DNA from: a bacterium
GTDB taxonomy: Bacteria; Zhuqueibacterota; Zhuqueibacteria; Residuimicrobiales; Krinioviventaceae
NCBI GenBank assembly: GCA_963693055.1
Contig: OY843751.1
Span: 3,872,001-3,936,000, forward strand
Length of the DNA stretch: 64,000 bases
Reading direction: 5' to 3'
The notes beneath the pieces are model-generated. The model ran no database searches. It was not told the origin of the DNA and saw only the letters and a program-made list of their open reading frames with translations. Numbering within the stretch: the first letter of the stretch is position 1; each line of letters begins with the position of its first letter. Made by a program: the position numbers and the translations under genes. Positions 49,509 through 59,983 of the stretch are shown here, one piece after another.

Positions 49509-51221
49509 ATGGATTTGAAAAGAATATTCTTTATTACACTGTTTTTTGGGGGGACTGTTTTATTTGCAGAAAATTATTTGATCAATGGCGGTCAGGAATC
49601 GCAGATCAATTATTTGATGGTGCAAAAAATAGAACCGGCGCGCGGTACTAAAAAATTACTAATGAGTTATGTTGTACCTACTTCATTCGGTTCACCCACC
49701 TACCAACAACGAATCAGCAAATACAATATCATATTTTCCGAACGCCCCAACTCCCGTAGGGACTATATTGATGACCGCGGTAATAAAATCGTTCGTGTAG
49801 TATGGAACAGGCCGCGCAAACCTATCGAAACCACAATTTCCATTCAGGCACAAAATACCACCAGTTTAAAAGCGCTAGAAACCATGGCGTCCTTTCCTAT
49901 CCGGTCCATGCCGGTAGAGATTCAGGCCTATCTTGCTTCTACCAGTCAAACACCGGCAAACGATCCCATGATCCTATCCACAGCACGCAAACTGACCCGT
50001 GACAGCGAAACCGTATTCGATGCGGTGCAAAACATCCTCGCATGGGTAGTAGACCACATGACCTATGTACTTATACCGCAACAATATGACGCCATGTACT
50101 CGTTCCAAACCGGCAAGGGTAATTGCCAGAATTATTCACACTTGTCGGCATCTTTGATGAGGGCAGTAGGCATTCCCGCTCGCATAGTCAATGGTGTAAC
50201 CCTCAAAGAGCCATACGAAATTGAAACTCCGCGAGGGACTTTTACTATGAAAATGGCACAGGGGCGGCATTCATGGATCGAGGTCTGGTTCCCGGATCTG
50301 GGATGGGTCCCTTTTGATCCCCAGCAAACCGCCCTGTATGTAAGCAACCGGTTTATTCGCATAGAAGTGGGTGTGGACAATGACGATACATCTAACGACG
50401 GACTGGTGCGCTGGTCTATGAGTCGGGGATACCGGGGCAAACCCGGATTTGAAGAGCTGATCCATGCGGATTTCAAGCGGGACCAGGTCAAACTTTTGGC
50501 AGAACGACAAGATTGGGGTCCTGCAAAACTTTTATTTTACCCCGAGGTCCAATCTGAATACACCCGGTCACTTGCCCAGGTACAGTATTCTGCTGTACAG
50601 ACAGTATCACCGCAGGAAATGAACAATGCCAGCTTTAATCATAAATCCGTTACTGGTAATCTGGAATTCCCGGAAAACATTTCATTTATCGAAACACGGG
50701 GACCAGCAACCAGTGTAGAAAGTGAAAATCCGGAAGATGAAGAATTAGAGATGCGTAAAAACTTTTTGGTGGAAACCGCTGAATACGTAACAACCCAGGG
50801 CACTCAATACGCGCAAACATTTATCCTAAATGAGCCAACCAAATTAGAATCCGCAGCCCTTGCCCTGCATAAATTTGGCGGCAGCGGGCAGCTCTGGCTT
50901 GAACTCTATAAAGATGATGGTAACGGTAAACCGGGTGAATATATATCAACCAGTGAATATATGCCGGTTAAGCGTATGCCGCAATCCCAGGGATATTCAT
51001 GGATAGATTTTGCATTTGGCAATGGAACGCCACCCCTGTCTCCCGGGCGCTACTGGCTGGCTTTGGGGTTCACCGGCAGCCCTGTCATCAACTGGTTTTA
51101 TACCTATGGTAAATCTGTGGGTCCCATTGACGGCACCAGATACAAGACTTTATTTGATGATACCTGGAACCGCAGTCTTACTTTTGAATTCAATTATCGC
51201 ATAACCGGGTTAACACCATAA
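49509..51221 (+). CDS. Secreted transglutaminase-like cysteine protein, paralog 1
   Basis: Signal peptide and triad motifs GNCQNYSHL, GRHSWIEV and WVPFDP, followed by a C-terminal beta-rich domain. Confidence 0.85.
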   Translation: MDLKRIFFITLFFGGTVLFAENYLINGGQESQINYLMVQKIEPARGTKKLLMSYVVPTSFGSPTYQQRISKYNIIFSERPNSRRDYIDDRGNKIVRVVWNRPRKPIETTISIQAQNTTSLKALETMASFPIRSMPVEIQAYLASTSQTPANDPMILSTARKLTRDSETVFDAVQNILAWVVDHMTYVLIPQQYDAMYSFQTGKGNCQNYSHLSASLMRAVGIPARIVNGVTLKEPYEIETPRGTFTMKMAQGRHSWIEVWFPDLGWVPFDPQQTALYVSNRFIRIEVGVDNDDTSNDGLVRWSMSRGYRGKPGFEELIHADFKRDQVKLLAERQDWGPAKLLFYPEVQSEYTRSLAQVQYSAVQTVSPQEMNNASFNHKSVTGNLEFPENISFIETRGPATSVESENPEDEELEMRKNFLVETAEYVTTQGTQYAQTFILNEPTKLESAALALHKFGGSGQLWLELYKDDGNGKPGEYISTSEYMPVKRMPQSQGYSWIDFAFGNGTPPLSPGRYWLALGFTGSPVINWFYTYGKSVGPIDGTRYKTLFDDTWNRSLTFEFNYRITGLTP

Positions 51222-51362
51222 ATATCAACATATTACAATTTTCACCAGGATTTGATTTATATCAACTTTTTTTGCATTGGGGGATTGACAAAAGACTGGA
51301 ATTTATTATATTAGACCGGTTAGCATATTTACTCCGATTTTGGGGTTTTGAAGGAGATCATT

Positions 51363-53063
51363 ATGAAGTTTAAAATTATAACCATCCTTTTATTATCCAC
51401 ATTTATAGCATCTTTTGCAGAAAACTATTTAATCAATGGCGGTCAGGAATCGCAAATCAATTATCAGATGGTGCAAAAAGTTGTTCCGGCATCAGGCACG
51501 AAAAAGCTGAAACTCTCTTATGTGGTTCCGGTAACGTTTACATCCCCCACGTATAACCAGCGCATCAGTCAGTTTGATGTCAATTTTTCACTTCAGCCAG
51601 ATAAACGTAATGAAACAACAGACAAACGTGGTAACAAGATCATACAGGTAGAGTGGGACAATCCCAGCATGTCTACGCCCATCAATACAACAATAACCAT
51701 AATTGCCATGAACCAGACACGTTTGCAGCAGCTGCAAACCAGCGCACCGTTTCCGCTCTCCAACCTTGAAAAATCCGAGCGTCAGTACCTGGAGTCAACC
51801 GAACAGGTACCGTCATCCAACTCGCGCATCATTCAAAAAGCAAAACAGTTGACCAACGGATCCAAAACCGAGTTTGACGCTGTGCAGAAAATTTTAACCT
51901 GGGTTGTGGACCATATGAACTATGTTCTTTTACCCAAAAGCTACAATGCCATGTACTCGTTCGAAACGGGCAAAGGCAATTGCCAAAACTATTCTCATTT
52001 AGCTGCCGCTCTAATGAAAGCTGTGGGCATACCGGCACGTATTGTTAACGGAGTTACCCTGAAACAACCCTACGATATCAGTACCAACCAGGGTACCCTG
52101 ACTATGAAAATGGCACAGGGCCGCCACTCGTGGATTGAAGTCTATTTTCCAGATTTGGGATGGGTGCCGTTCGATCCGCAGCAGACTGCTTTATATGTCA
52201 GTAATCGCTTTGTCCGCGTAGAGATTGGTCTGGATAATGAGGAGACTGCAAGCGACGGTTTGATCCGCTGGACCCAGAGCCGGGGACACGATGACATTCC
52301 ACGCTTTGAAGAGGTGATCGATGCTGCCTTGCCGGGTGATCATGTACAATTGACCGCAACCAAGCAAAACTGGGGACCTCAAAAGCTCATGTTTTATCCC
52401 CAGGTACAGGCAAACTTTACCAAAGTTTCTACTCCCAAACCCCCGCCACCGAAAAAAGTACCGCAAAGCGATCTTGAACGCATGAACTATAATACTCCTT
52501 ATATGTTCGGAAATCTGGAATATCCGCAAAATATAGATTTCATGTCCGTCCGTGGGCCCGCGCAATCCACCGGTGAAGAAGGCGGCAAAGAGATGCGTAA
52601 AAACTTTTTGGTTGAAACCGCCGAGTATGTAACCACGCGCGGCAACCAATACGCGCAGACATTTATATTAAAAAAGCCCATGAAAATGCTCAAAACCGGT
52701 CTCGCCCTGCACAAATTTGGCGGTGATGGACAATTATGGATCGAATTGTACAAAGACGATGGCAGCGGCAAACCCGGAGACTATATCGCTACCAGCGATT
52801 ACCTGCCCCTGGCAAACCTGTCTTTTGCACCCGGATACCGCTGGGTAGATTTTAATTTTTCAGACGCTCCCCTGCTCTCTCCCGGCCGCTATTGGATCGC
52901 CATGGGCTTTACCGGCAGCCCTATTATCAATTGGTTCTACAGTTATGGTAAACCTGTCGGTCCGGCAGACGGTACCCGCTACAAAACTCTGTTTGACGAA
53001 GGCTGGAGCCGTAGCCTCAATTTTGAGTTCAATTACAGGATTGCGGGATACTCGGCAAAATAA
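51363..53063 (+). CDS. Secreted transglutaminase-like cysteine protein, paralog 2
   Basis: Same motifs as 49509-51221. It has its own TTGACA-N16-TATATT promoter at 51285-51312 and an AAGGAG SD. Confidence 0.85.
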   Translation: MKFKIITILLLSTFIASFAENYLINGGQESQINYQMVQKVVPASGTKKLKLSYVVPVTFTSPTYNQRISQFDVNFSLQPDKRNETTDKRGNKIIQVEWDNPSMSTPINTTITIIAMNQTRLQQLQTSAPFPLSNLEKSERQYLESTEQVPSSNSRIIQKAKQLTNGSKTEFDAVQKILTWVVDHMNYVLLPKSYNAMYSFETGKGNCQNYSHLAAALMKAVGIPARIVNGVTLKQPYDISTNQGTLTMKMAQGRHSWIEVYFPDLGWVPFDPQQTALYVSNRFVRVEIGLDNEETASDGLIRWTQSRGHDDIPRFEEVIDAALPGDHVQLTATKQNWGPQKLMFYPQVQANFTKVSTPKPPPPKKVPQSDLERMNYNTPYMFGNLEYPQNIDFMSVRGPAQSTGEEGGKEMRKNFLVETAEYVTTRGNQYAQTFILKKPMKMLKTGLALHKFGGDGQLWIELYKDDGSGKPGDYIATSDYLPLANLSFAPGYRWVDFNFSDAPLLSPGRYWIAMGFTGSPIINWFYSYGKPVGPADGTRYKTLFDEGWSRSLNFEFNYRIAGYSAK

Positions 53064-53144
53064 GTACGTGAAACGGCAAATGTTAGACGTGAGACATTTG
53101 AGGATAATTGAAATGTACTACTCATATTTGCCTCTCCCCTGATT

Positions 53145-53170
53145 GTAAGGGCGGACCTGCGTGTCCGTCC
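53145..53170 (+). repeat. REP-like palindrome GTAAGGGCGGACCTGCGTGTCCG(T/C)CC
   Basis: GTAA tag plus a GGGCGGAC/GTCCGTCC hairpin. Other copies at 55176, 59155 (partial) and 59237. Confidence 0.8.
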
Positions 53171-53451
53171 TTTTTTTGTTTTCAATAGGATGCATAGAAT
53201 TAAAGAATCATTAGGATTAAAATCTGGTCTATTTTTAAATCCAATCACCCAATTCATCCTAAAAACCTGAATTCAGACAAGTATATTTAGCCACAAATCT
53301 GCACGGATAGCTAACTTTTCCTTGATCATTTATTTCAACAAGTCAACTGAGGGAAATGTAATATCTATTTTGAAAAGAGGATAATTATTTCTACATTTAT
53401 TCAATAGATCAATATAATTCAAGTTATTCATTAATACCCAAGGGGGCATGA

Positions 53452-55146
53452 ATGAAATTCCTTTTTTCAATTTGCACAATATTAATTTTATTTATACCAT
53501 TTTATTCGTTTACCAAAGAAAATATACTTTATCAAAATAGAATTGATACAAACATACCTCAATTTGATATTGATACAGTAGGAATTCCACAAAAATCAGA
53601 TTTCACAGCAAACAATAAATGCCAACTTGACAGCATTATATATACAACTGAAGGACAAGATATTACACACAAGATGTATTTTGAATATATAAAACCAGGG
53701 TACATAAGCTCCCTTTTATTAAATACATTTAATCCGGAAACCGGTCAGTGGGGAAATTATAGTCGCTCTACATATACTTATAATGCCACCTGGGATACCC
53801 AAACTTCAATCACCCAAAGTTGGGACAATGATAATGAATTATGGAAAGATGGAACACAGTATATAAAAAAATACGATAGTAATAACAATCTATTATTGTA
53901 TAAAACAAAGTGGTGGCATAAATATGATAAAATTTGGATTGAACGCAAGCGTAGCTATACATATGATGACAGAAATAATATTTTATCATATACATATCAA
54001 ATTTGGAACGATGAAGCCAATGATTGGTTCACAGAAATTGAATATATATATTCTTATGACGAAAATGATTCTGTTTTAACATATCAATGGAATAGTTTTA
54101 TAAATAACAATCGATCGAGTAGCCAATTAACTGAAAACAAATATGATGAAAGAGGAAATAAAATATTTACTCATGAACGTTCAATGAATTTAACAATAGG
54201 GGAAATTACCTGGCAAGAAGGTGCTAGAACTACTTTGACTTATAATGATGATAATAAATTAACCAGCACACTGCTTGAATATTGGATTAAAGAAGCAAAA
54301 AAATGGGAACCCTATTCACAAGAATTATTTACCTATGATAAAAACAGTAACAAGTTATCATATTGTATCCAAAATTGGCATCCGGAATATCATATATGGA
54401 TTGATTATTATCAAATGATTTATACATATAATGAATATAATATAGTAGATACTTATTTAGGATCAATATGGGATATAGATGAGAAAAGATGGATCGATAC
54501 ACAAAAAATCACATATTATTATAATAGTATGGGAAAACTCTTATCTCAATTAGAGGTTATTTGGTATGAAAATCAATGGAGAAATAATTTCCGAACAACA
54601 TATGCATATGGTTTGGATAACTCTGAAATTAAAACAGTAGAAAGCTGGGAGTACTCGATTAATGAGTGGCGTTATCAACATAAATTAATACAAAAACACG
54701 ATAATAATCATTGTTTAACATACTGGAATTTAAAAACCTGGAGAAATGGTGCATGGGAAAACAACCAAACCTTAACAAATGAGTTCACTACAAGTAATAT
54801 TGATTTTGAAATAAATTGTAGCGAATTGTATGCTTATTACTCACAACCTGCAACAAGAGTAGAAAACCAGAACAAAAATGTTAACACTTTTGAACTTGCA
54901 CAAAACTATCCCAATCCCTTTAATCCCACTACAACTATAAACTATTCAATCGAAAAAGCATCTCATGTAAAACTCGGTATATATAACACATTGGGGCAGC
55001 TTGTATCCGTTTTGGTTGATAAACATCAAAAACCCGGCAAATACAGTGTAAAATATAATGCAAATCAATCTTGTAGTGGTGTTTATTACTACAAGCTTGA
55101 AACCGGGGAGCAAAAAAGCATACGCAAAATGTTGTATCTAAAATAG
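53452..55146 (+). CDS. Secreted Trp/Tyr-rich repeat protein with C-terminal T9SS-like sorting domain
   Basis: Signal peptide, repeated YTYDxNxN...W.....W units and QNYPNPFNPTTTI. Markedly AT-rich. Confidence 0.8.
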   Translation: MKFLFSICTILILFIPFYSFTKENILYQNRIDTNIPQFDIDTVGIPQKSDFTANNKCQLDSIIYTTEGQDITHKMYFEYIKPGYISSLLLNTFNPETGQWGNYSRSTYTYNATWDTQTSITQSWDNDNELWKDGTQYIKKYDSNNNLLLYKTKWWHKYDKIWIERKRSYTYDDRNNILSYTYQIWNDEANDWFTEIEYIYSYDENDSVLTYQWNSFINNNRSSSQLTENKYDERGNKIFTHERSMNLTIGEITWQEGARTTLTYNDDNKLTSTLLEYWIKEAKKWEPYSQELFTYDKNSNKLSYCIQNWHPEYHIWIDYYQMIYTYNEYNIVDTYLGSIWDIDEKRWIDTQKITYYYNSMGKLLSQLEVIWYENQWRNNFRTTYAYGLDNSEIKTVESWEYSINEWRYQHKLIQKHDNNHCLTYWNLKTWRNGAWENNQTLTNEFTTSNIDFEINCSELYAYYSQPATRVENQNKNVNTFELAQNYPNPFNPTTTINYSIEKASHVKLGIYNTLGQLVSVLVDKHQKPGKYSVKYNANQSCSGVYYYKLETGEQKSIRKMLYLK

Positions 55147-55175
55147 AATACCTACAAATTGCCTGACCTCTGATT

Positions 55176-55200
55176 GTATGGCGGACCTGCATGTCCACCC
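55176..55200 (+). repeat. REP-like palindrome (diverged copy)
   Basis: GTATGGCGGACCTGCATGTCCACCC followed by a T-run. Confidence 0.75.
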
Positions 55201-55312
55201 TTTTTTATAACTTGCTATTTCTTTACAGTTATTCTGAAACAGATTCAGCCAAGTATCGTATCAAATATTGTCAAATATTTTCAAACATTCTAATAAATTT
55301 AAGGGGTTTAAC

Positions 55313-55690
55313 ATGGGTAAAGTTAAAGTTTTATTTCTTATCATTGTTTTAACCGGTATTTACGGAATGGCTCAGGAAAATGGTCTTTCCTCAGGTATTT
55401 ATACTACACAAATGCACGGTGCCACCAAGTCTTTTAATCTTAAAACTGACAATACCTTTGAAACATTTGTAAACGGTACCTCTGTGGTGACCGGAAACTA
55501 TACAATTGACGCAGACACACTTACGGCAATAGATATAGCCGGTCAAATTGCCTGTGCTCCTGAAAACAACAAAGGAATTTATACCTGGACCTGTAAAAAT
55601 GACAGTATAATATTAAAAGCCGTCAAAGATGACTGCCAGGGACGCGCCAAAGCCATGACCCAGGGCAAATGGATCAAAAAAACGGATTAA
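55313..55690 (+). CDS. Hypothetical secreted protein (small beta-rich domain)
   Basis: Signal peptide MGKVKVLFLIIVL after AAGGGG. Contains GNYTIDADTL and GIYTW...DDCQGR. Confidence 0.65.
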   Translation: MGKVKVLFLIIVLTGIYGMAQENGLSSGIYTTQMHGATKSFNLKTDNTFETFVNGTSVVTGNYTIDADTLTAIDIAGQIACAPENNKGIYTWTCKNDSIILKAVKDDCQGRAKAMTQGKWIKKTD

Positions 55691-55966
55691 ATTCAGGGCT
55701 TCCTCCCGATTTCTCATACTATCCTGAGGAGGTTTTTTTTCGAATTGCTGACTGCAATCAACTAATAGCGGTTTTTACTGACTACTGACGACTGATTACT
55801 TTACATCTTACGTCCCGCAGAGATTCTTGCAACCTCTAACTGTTTTTACTCCATTTTCATTCTCAAGATATCACAATCAAAAATTTTTATTTTTTTATTA
55901 AAAAATCATTCTATATTAGGTAAATGTTTTCACTCTTTTTACAGCTCACTTTGAAAGGACCGATCA

Positions 55967-58900
55967 ATGCACTATACTCGTCTGCGTAGTCTAATCCCAA
56001 CTGTACTTTTACTCATCTTTAGTATTACATCATCAAATTTGACAGCACAAACCACAGATCCCATAGAGACGCTGAATCTTTTGGCATTCGGCAGTGTGGG
56101 ACAATTAAAATATCAAATGGGCGGAAAACCCGGTGGGGAAGCGGTTGACCTGGACGATTCGGATTGGGACGTTACCTTTCCCGGTTACAAATGGCCGCAG
56201 GGGAATACCAATGTCTGGTTTCGCAGTACCGCGGTCATTCCGGAAGAACTGGGTGGTTTCTCACTCATCGGTAGAAAGATGACCCTCTACCTCTATATCG
56301 ATAATGGTGGTGATGTATTTGTAAACGGTGATTCGCTTGGAACATTCGAATGGGGTACTGCCGAGTTTGTCATATCTGAAAATCTGCAACCCGGTGATTC
56401 ATATGTCATTGCTGTGCGAGGCATTAACCGTCCCGGCTGGGGCAATGTGAGCGAGTACCGGATCGAGTACAGCGGTATGGAAGCGTTCCAGAAAAAACTG
56501 CAGGACAAGGTATGGGGATTAATGATCGCCAAACATGCGGCAAAAACACTATCCGAAAAACCAGAGTACTGGACCAATGAAATCAACAAAACCGCGGAAC
56601 GTATCCTTAATTCAGATGCATACAAATCCGGAGATGAAAACGCATTTCTGGCGGTATTTGATGAGGAAAGCAAGAATCTTGAAGGCTTGAAAAAAGAACT
56701 GGCGCAATATAAAATTTATGCCGCCGGTTACGCCCATATTGATCTTGCCTGGCTCTGGCCCTGGATTGAAACTGTAGAGGTGGTTAAAAACACCAGCGAA
56801 TCGGTTTTGAACATTATGGATCGTGTCCCGGATTTTAAATACAGTATGGGGCAGGCCCATGCTTATGAATGGATGGAGATTTATTATCCCAAACTATTCA
56901 AGGCGATTCAGGATAAAGTTAAACAGGGCCAATGGGAAATCGTGGGCGGGCAATGGGTAGAACCGGATTGCAACATTCCCAGCGGTGAAAGCTTTGTGCG
57001 CCAGTCGCTTTATGGCAAACGTTATTTTCGCAACAAATTTGGTGTGGATGTTAAAATTTGCTGGATACCGGATTCCTTTGGGTTCAACTGGAACCTGCCG
57101 CAGATCCTTGCCCGCAGCGGAATGGAGGCCTTTATGTCCATCCGGGTATTTTTGGACGATAGCAGGGATTTCAAGCATCGTTTATTCCGGTGGCAAGCGC
57201 CGGACGGCAACGAGGTACTGGTTTATATCCCACGCGACGGCTATATGCATGACCTGAACGGTGAGCAGCTTGTTAATTTTTTTGCGGAAGAGAAAAAAGA
57301 ACTCGACAGTGGTAAAGAATTTGTTATGTTCGGGGTAGGAAACCACGGCGGCGGCCCAACAATGGAAATGATTGAACGAGGCATGCGCGCGCAGACTGCA
57401 CCGGCGTATCCTCAAGTTGAAATAGTAAAATCCGATGCCTATTTTGACGCTTTCAGTGATAGAGAAAAAGCTGAACTGGCTACCTGGAGCAGCGAGCTTT
57501 ATCTTGAAAGCGCACGCGGCTGCTACACATCTCAAGCCAAAACCAAACAGCACAACCGCAAAAGCCAGGTGATGATCAAGACCGCGGAAAAATCCGCGCT
57601 GCTGGCTTCTCTTTACGGATACGAATATCCTTCCAAAAGTATTTTTGACGTCTGGCGCACCGTTATGTTTAACCAGTTTCACGATATTTTGCCCGGAACT
57701 TCTGTACCTTCAGTGTACCATGATACCGAAATAGAATATGAACAAGCAGAACAGCTCGCCGGGCTCATCACCCAACGTTCAATGCAGGCACTAACAAAAC
57801 AAATCGATACACGCGGCAAGGGAGAAGCAATTGTGTTGTTTAATCCATTGTCGTGGGACCGATCAAGTCCGGTTGAAATCGAGCTCGACGATCTTGAAAA
57901 AGAAAAGACATGGAGCATTCTGGACGAGTATGGAAACACCGTACCCTCCCAGATCATCGACAAATCAGCTCTGGGCGCAAAACTGCTGTTCATAGCACAG
58001 GATGTGCCATCGTACGGATACAAGGTCTATCACTTGGTGCAGGAAAAATCAACAGGACGAACAGAACAACTGGACTTTACCCGCACAATGCTGGAAAACC
58101 GTTTTCTGGAAATAGAAATCGACAAGACAACCGGTCTTGTCAGCCGCATATATGATAAAGTAAATGCCCGCGAGGTACTGGCAAACAACAAGGGCAATCA
58201 ATTACAGCTATTACCCAATGATTTCAACGACGCATGGGGTGTCCGTTTTACCAAACCGCCCATTGACATTGACAACCTGATCGAGACCGAACTGGTTGAA
58301 GTGGGACCCGTTCGCGCAACCATCAAGGTTAAAACCGGGTATTGCGGCGGCGGCAGACGTGCGCCCACTGAGGATTTCCCAACCTCGTTTTTTACCCAGT
58401 ACATTTCTTTATATGATGGACTACCCTATATGGAGGTACGTAACGAGGTGATGTGGTGGGAAGATCAAAAAGTGCTAAAGGTCAAATTCCCGCTTAATGT
58501 ACAATCCGAGACCGCGCGGTACGAAATACCATACGGCAGTATTGGTCGTCCCACCGGCACCGAGACCGCATTTGAAAAAGCGCGATTCGAAGTCCCGGCA
58601 CAACGCTGGGCGGATTTATCAGACGGTACTTTTGGCGTTAGCCTGATTAACGACTGCAAACACGGATACGACATTAAAGGCAGCGATATGCGTCTCTCTC
58701 TACTGCGCGCGCCTACGTATCCCGATCCCCTCGCGGACCGGGGTTACCAGCATTTCAACTATGCCATTTATCCGCACAAGGGCGATTATGTAGAAGGCAA
58801 TGTAACCCGCCAGGGATACGCCTTTAACGAACCCATCTATGCCCTGCGTACCACCTCGCACAAGGGTGAGCTGCCAAAATCGCATTCCTTTGTTCAGATC

Positions 58901-59155
58901 GACGCGGACAATGTAATCCTGAATGCGTTAAAAAAATCAGAAGATGACAACGACTGGATCGTGCGTGTATACGAAACCGCGGGTAAATCCGCTACCGTCA
59001 ACGTGACCTTTGATCGGCAGGTATCCGCCGCTCAGGAAGTGAACCTGATCGAAGATCCCGTAGGTAAAGTGGAAACCCACAAAAACGGATTTGTTTTTGA
59101 CATCAAGCCCCGCGAAATCCGGAGTTTTAAAGTAAGGTTGGACTCTGATAGATAG
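55967..59155 (+). CDS. Secreted GH38 alpha-mannosidase
   Basis: AHIDLAWLWP, GGQWVEPD, SGESFVRQ, WIPDSFG, ELYLE..RG, NQFHDILPG and FEVPAQRWADLSD. Confidence 0.92.
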   Translation: MHYTRLRSLIPTVLLLIFSITSSNLTAQTTDPIETLNLLAFGSVGQLKYQMGGKPGGEAVDLDDSDWDVTFPGYKWPQGNTNVWFRSTAVIPEELGGFSLIGRKMTLYLYIDNGGDVFVNGDSLGTFEWGTAEFVISENLQPGDSYVIAVRGINRPGWGNVSEYRIEYSGMEAFQKKLQDKVWGLMIAKHAAKTLSEKPEYWTNEINKTAERILNSDAYKSGDENAFLAVFDEESKNLEGLKKELAQYKIYAAGYAHIDLAWLWPWIETVEVVKNTSESVLNIMDRVPDFKYSMGQAHAYEWMEIYYPKLFKAIQDKVKQGQWEIVGGQWVEPDCNIPSGESFVRQSLYGKRYFRNKFGVDVKICWIPDSFGFNWNLPQILARSGMEAFMSIRVFLDDSRDFKHRLFRWQAPDGNEVLVYIPRDGYMHDLNGEQLVNFFAEEKKELDSGKEFVMFGVGNHGGGPTMEMIERGMRAQTAPAYPQVEIVKSDAYFDAFSDREKAELATWSSELYLESARGCYTSQAKTKQHNRKSQVMIKTAEKSALLASLYGYEYPSKSIFDVWRTVMFNQFHDILPGTSVPSVYHDTEIEYEQAEQLAGLITQRSMQALTKQIDTRGKGEAIVLFNPLSWDRSSPVEIELDDLEKEKTWSILDEYGNTVPSQIIDKSALGAKLLFIAQDVPSYGYKVYHLVQEKSTGRTEQLDFTRTMLENRFLEIEIDKTTGLVSRIYDKVNAREVLANNKGNQLQLLPNDFNDAWGVRFTKPPIDIDNLIETELVEVGPVRATIKVKTGYCGGGRRAPTEDFPTSFFTQYISLYDGLPYMEVRNEVMWWEDQKVLKVKFPLNVQSETARYEIPYGSIGRPTGTETAFEKARFEVPAQRWADLSDGTFGVSLINDCKHGYDIKGSDMRLSLLRAPTYPDPLADRGYQHFNYAIYPHKGDYVEGNVTRQGYAFNEPIYALRTTSHKGELPKSHSFVQIDADNVILNALKKSEDDNDWIVRVYETAGKSATVNVTFDRQVSAAQEVNLIEDPVGKVETHKNGFVFDIKPREIRSFKVRLDSDR

Positions 59156-59514
59156 CAAGGGCGGACCTGCGTACTCATTCACTTTTCCATTCTCGTGCCC
59201 AGGCTCTGCCTGGGTACGGTAGACTCTCCACAAATTGTAAGGGCGGACCTGCGTGTCCGCCCGAAAATCTTCTAAATCGCCCGGTATCCACCAGCCCGCG
59301 GATGCCGGGCGAAATATTTACCACGACGTTTGTCCTGCAAACAAAAATGTAAATCGAGTAGGTGCAGATATAAAATTGTTTTCGGGATAAATATCCCGGA
59401 TGAATACTACACGATGCAGGAATCTGCATCGCGATCCATACAGGAATTTCGGACGGAGTAATAGTGGGTATATTAAAATCCTGATAATCCTTAAATCCTG
59501 TTAATCAAGGTTCA
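59155..59514. repeat. Mosaic of several REP-like palindromes
   Basis: GGGCGGACCTGCGT at 59155 and 59237-59262, CGTGCCCAGGC-TCT-GCCTGGGTACG at 59194-59218, TCGCCCGGTATCC/GGATGCCGGGCGA, CGATGCAG/CTGCATCG, and an AATCCT tract at 59475-59514. Confidence 0.7.
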
Positions 59515-59540
59515 TTTATACACCTGGCCCCAAGGCAGAT

Positions 59541-59817
59541 AGACTGTGTGAAAATGAATTAATTTTAAAAAATAAAAATTTGGTTGAGCTGGAGAAAACT
59601 CAAAATGGTATGGAGTGCATTACCTTTATGTAATGCGGATCGTCGTAGACGGCCATAATAAAGTTATATTCATATAATAATATTGAACTTATCATACTGT
59701 TATGGCTTTAAAATATTAGTCATTGAAGTCAAATCTATATCGGACCTTTGGCCCGACGCGGCGCATAAAGGCGCCGCACTCCAAAAAAGCAATAATTTTC
59801 TAGTTTCCACACAGTCT
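59541..59817. mobile_element. 277-bp MITE/REPIN-like structured element, copy 2
   Basis: AGACTGTGTGAAAAT...GTTTCCACACAGTCT, with the same length and hairpin layout as 30187-30463. Confidence 0.7.
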
Positions 59818-59983
59818 GAAAGCCTTGGAACCAGTATGAAAAATCCTATAATCCGTAAATCCTTTTAATCAAGGTCTCTTGAGTCCTGTTAATCAGGGTC
59901 TATGAAAATCAAGGTTCCTTTTTATTGAAAGAAATTGTATATTCCTTCTGTTACAGTAACAAAAACAAAATCGGAGGTGCATT

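Noticed and set aside
55745-55815. Short heptamer-like repeats (ACTGACT/ACTGACG)
   Set aside because: Only about 3 degenerate units are present with no associated gene, too weak to call.
59683-59868. 61-aa ORF inside the 277-bp element
   Set aside because: The ORF track shows no counterpart in the other copy, where conservation follows base pairing rather than codons.
59155-59920. Possible CRISPR array or integron attC array
   Set aside because: There are no regularly spaced identical repeats, no cas or intI gene, and no RYYYAAC/GTTRRRY-bounded sites.
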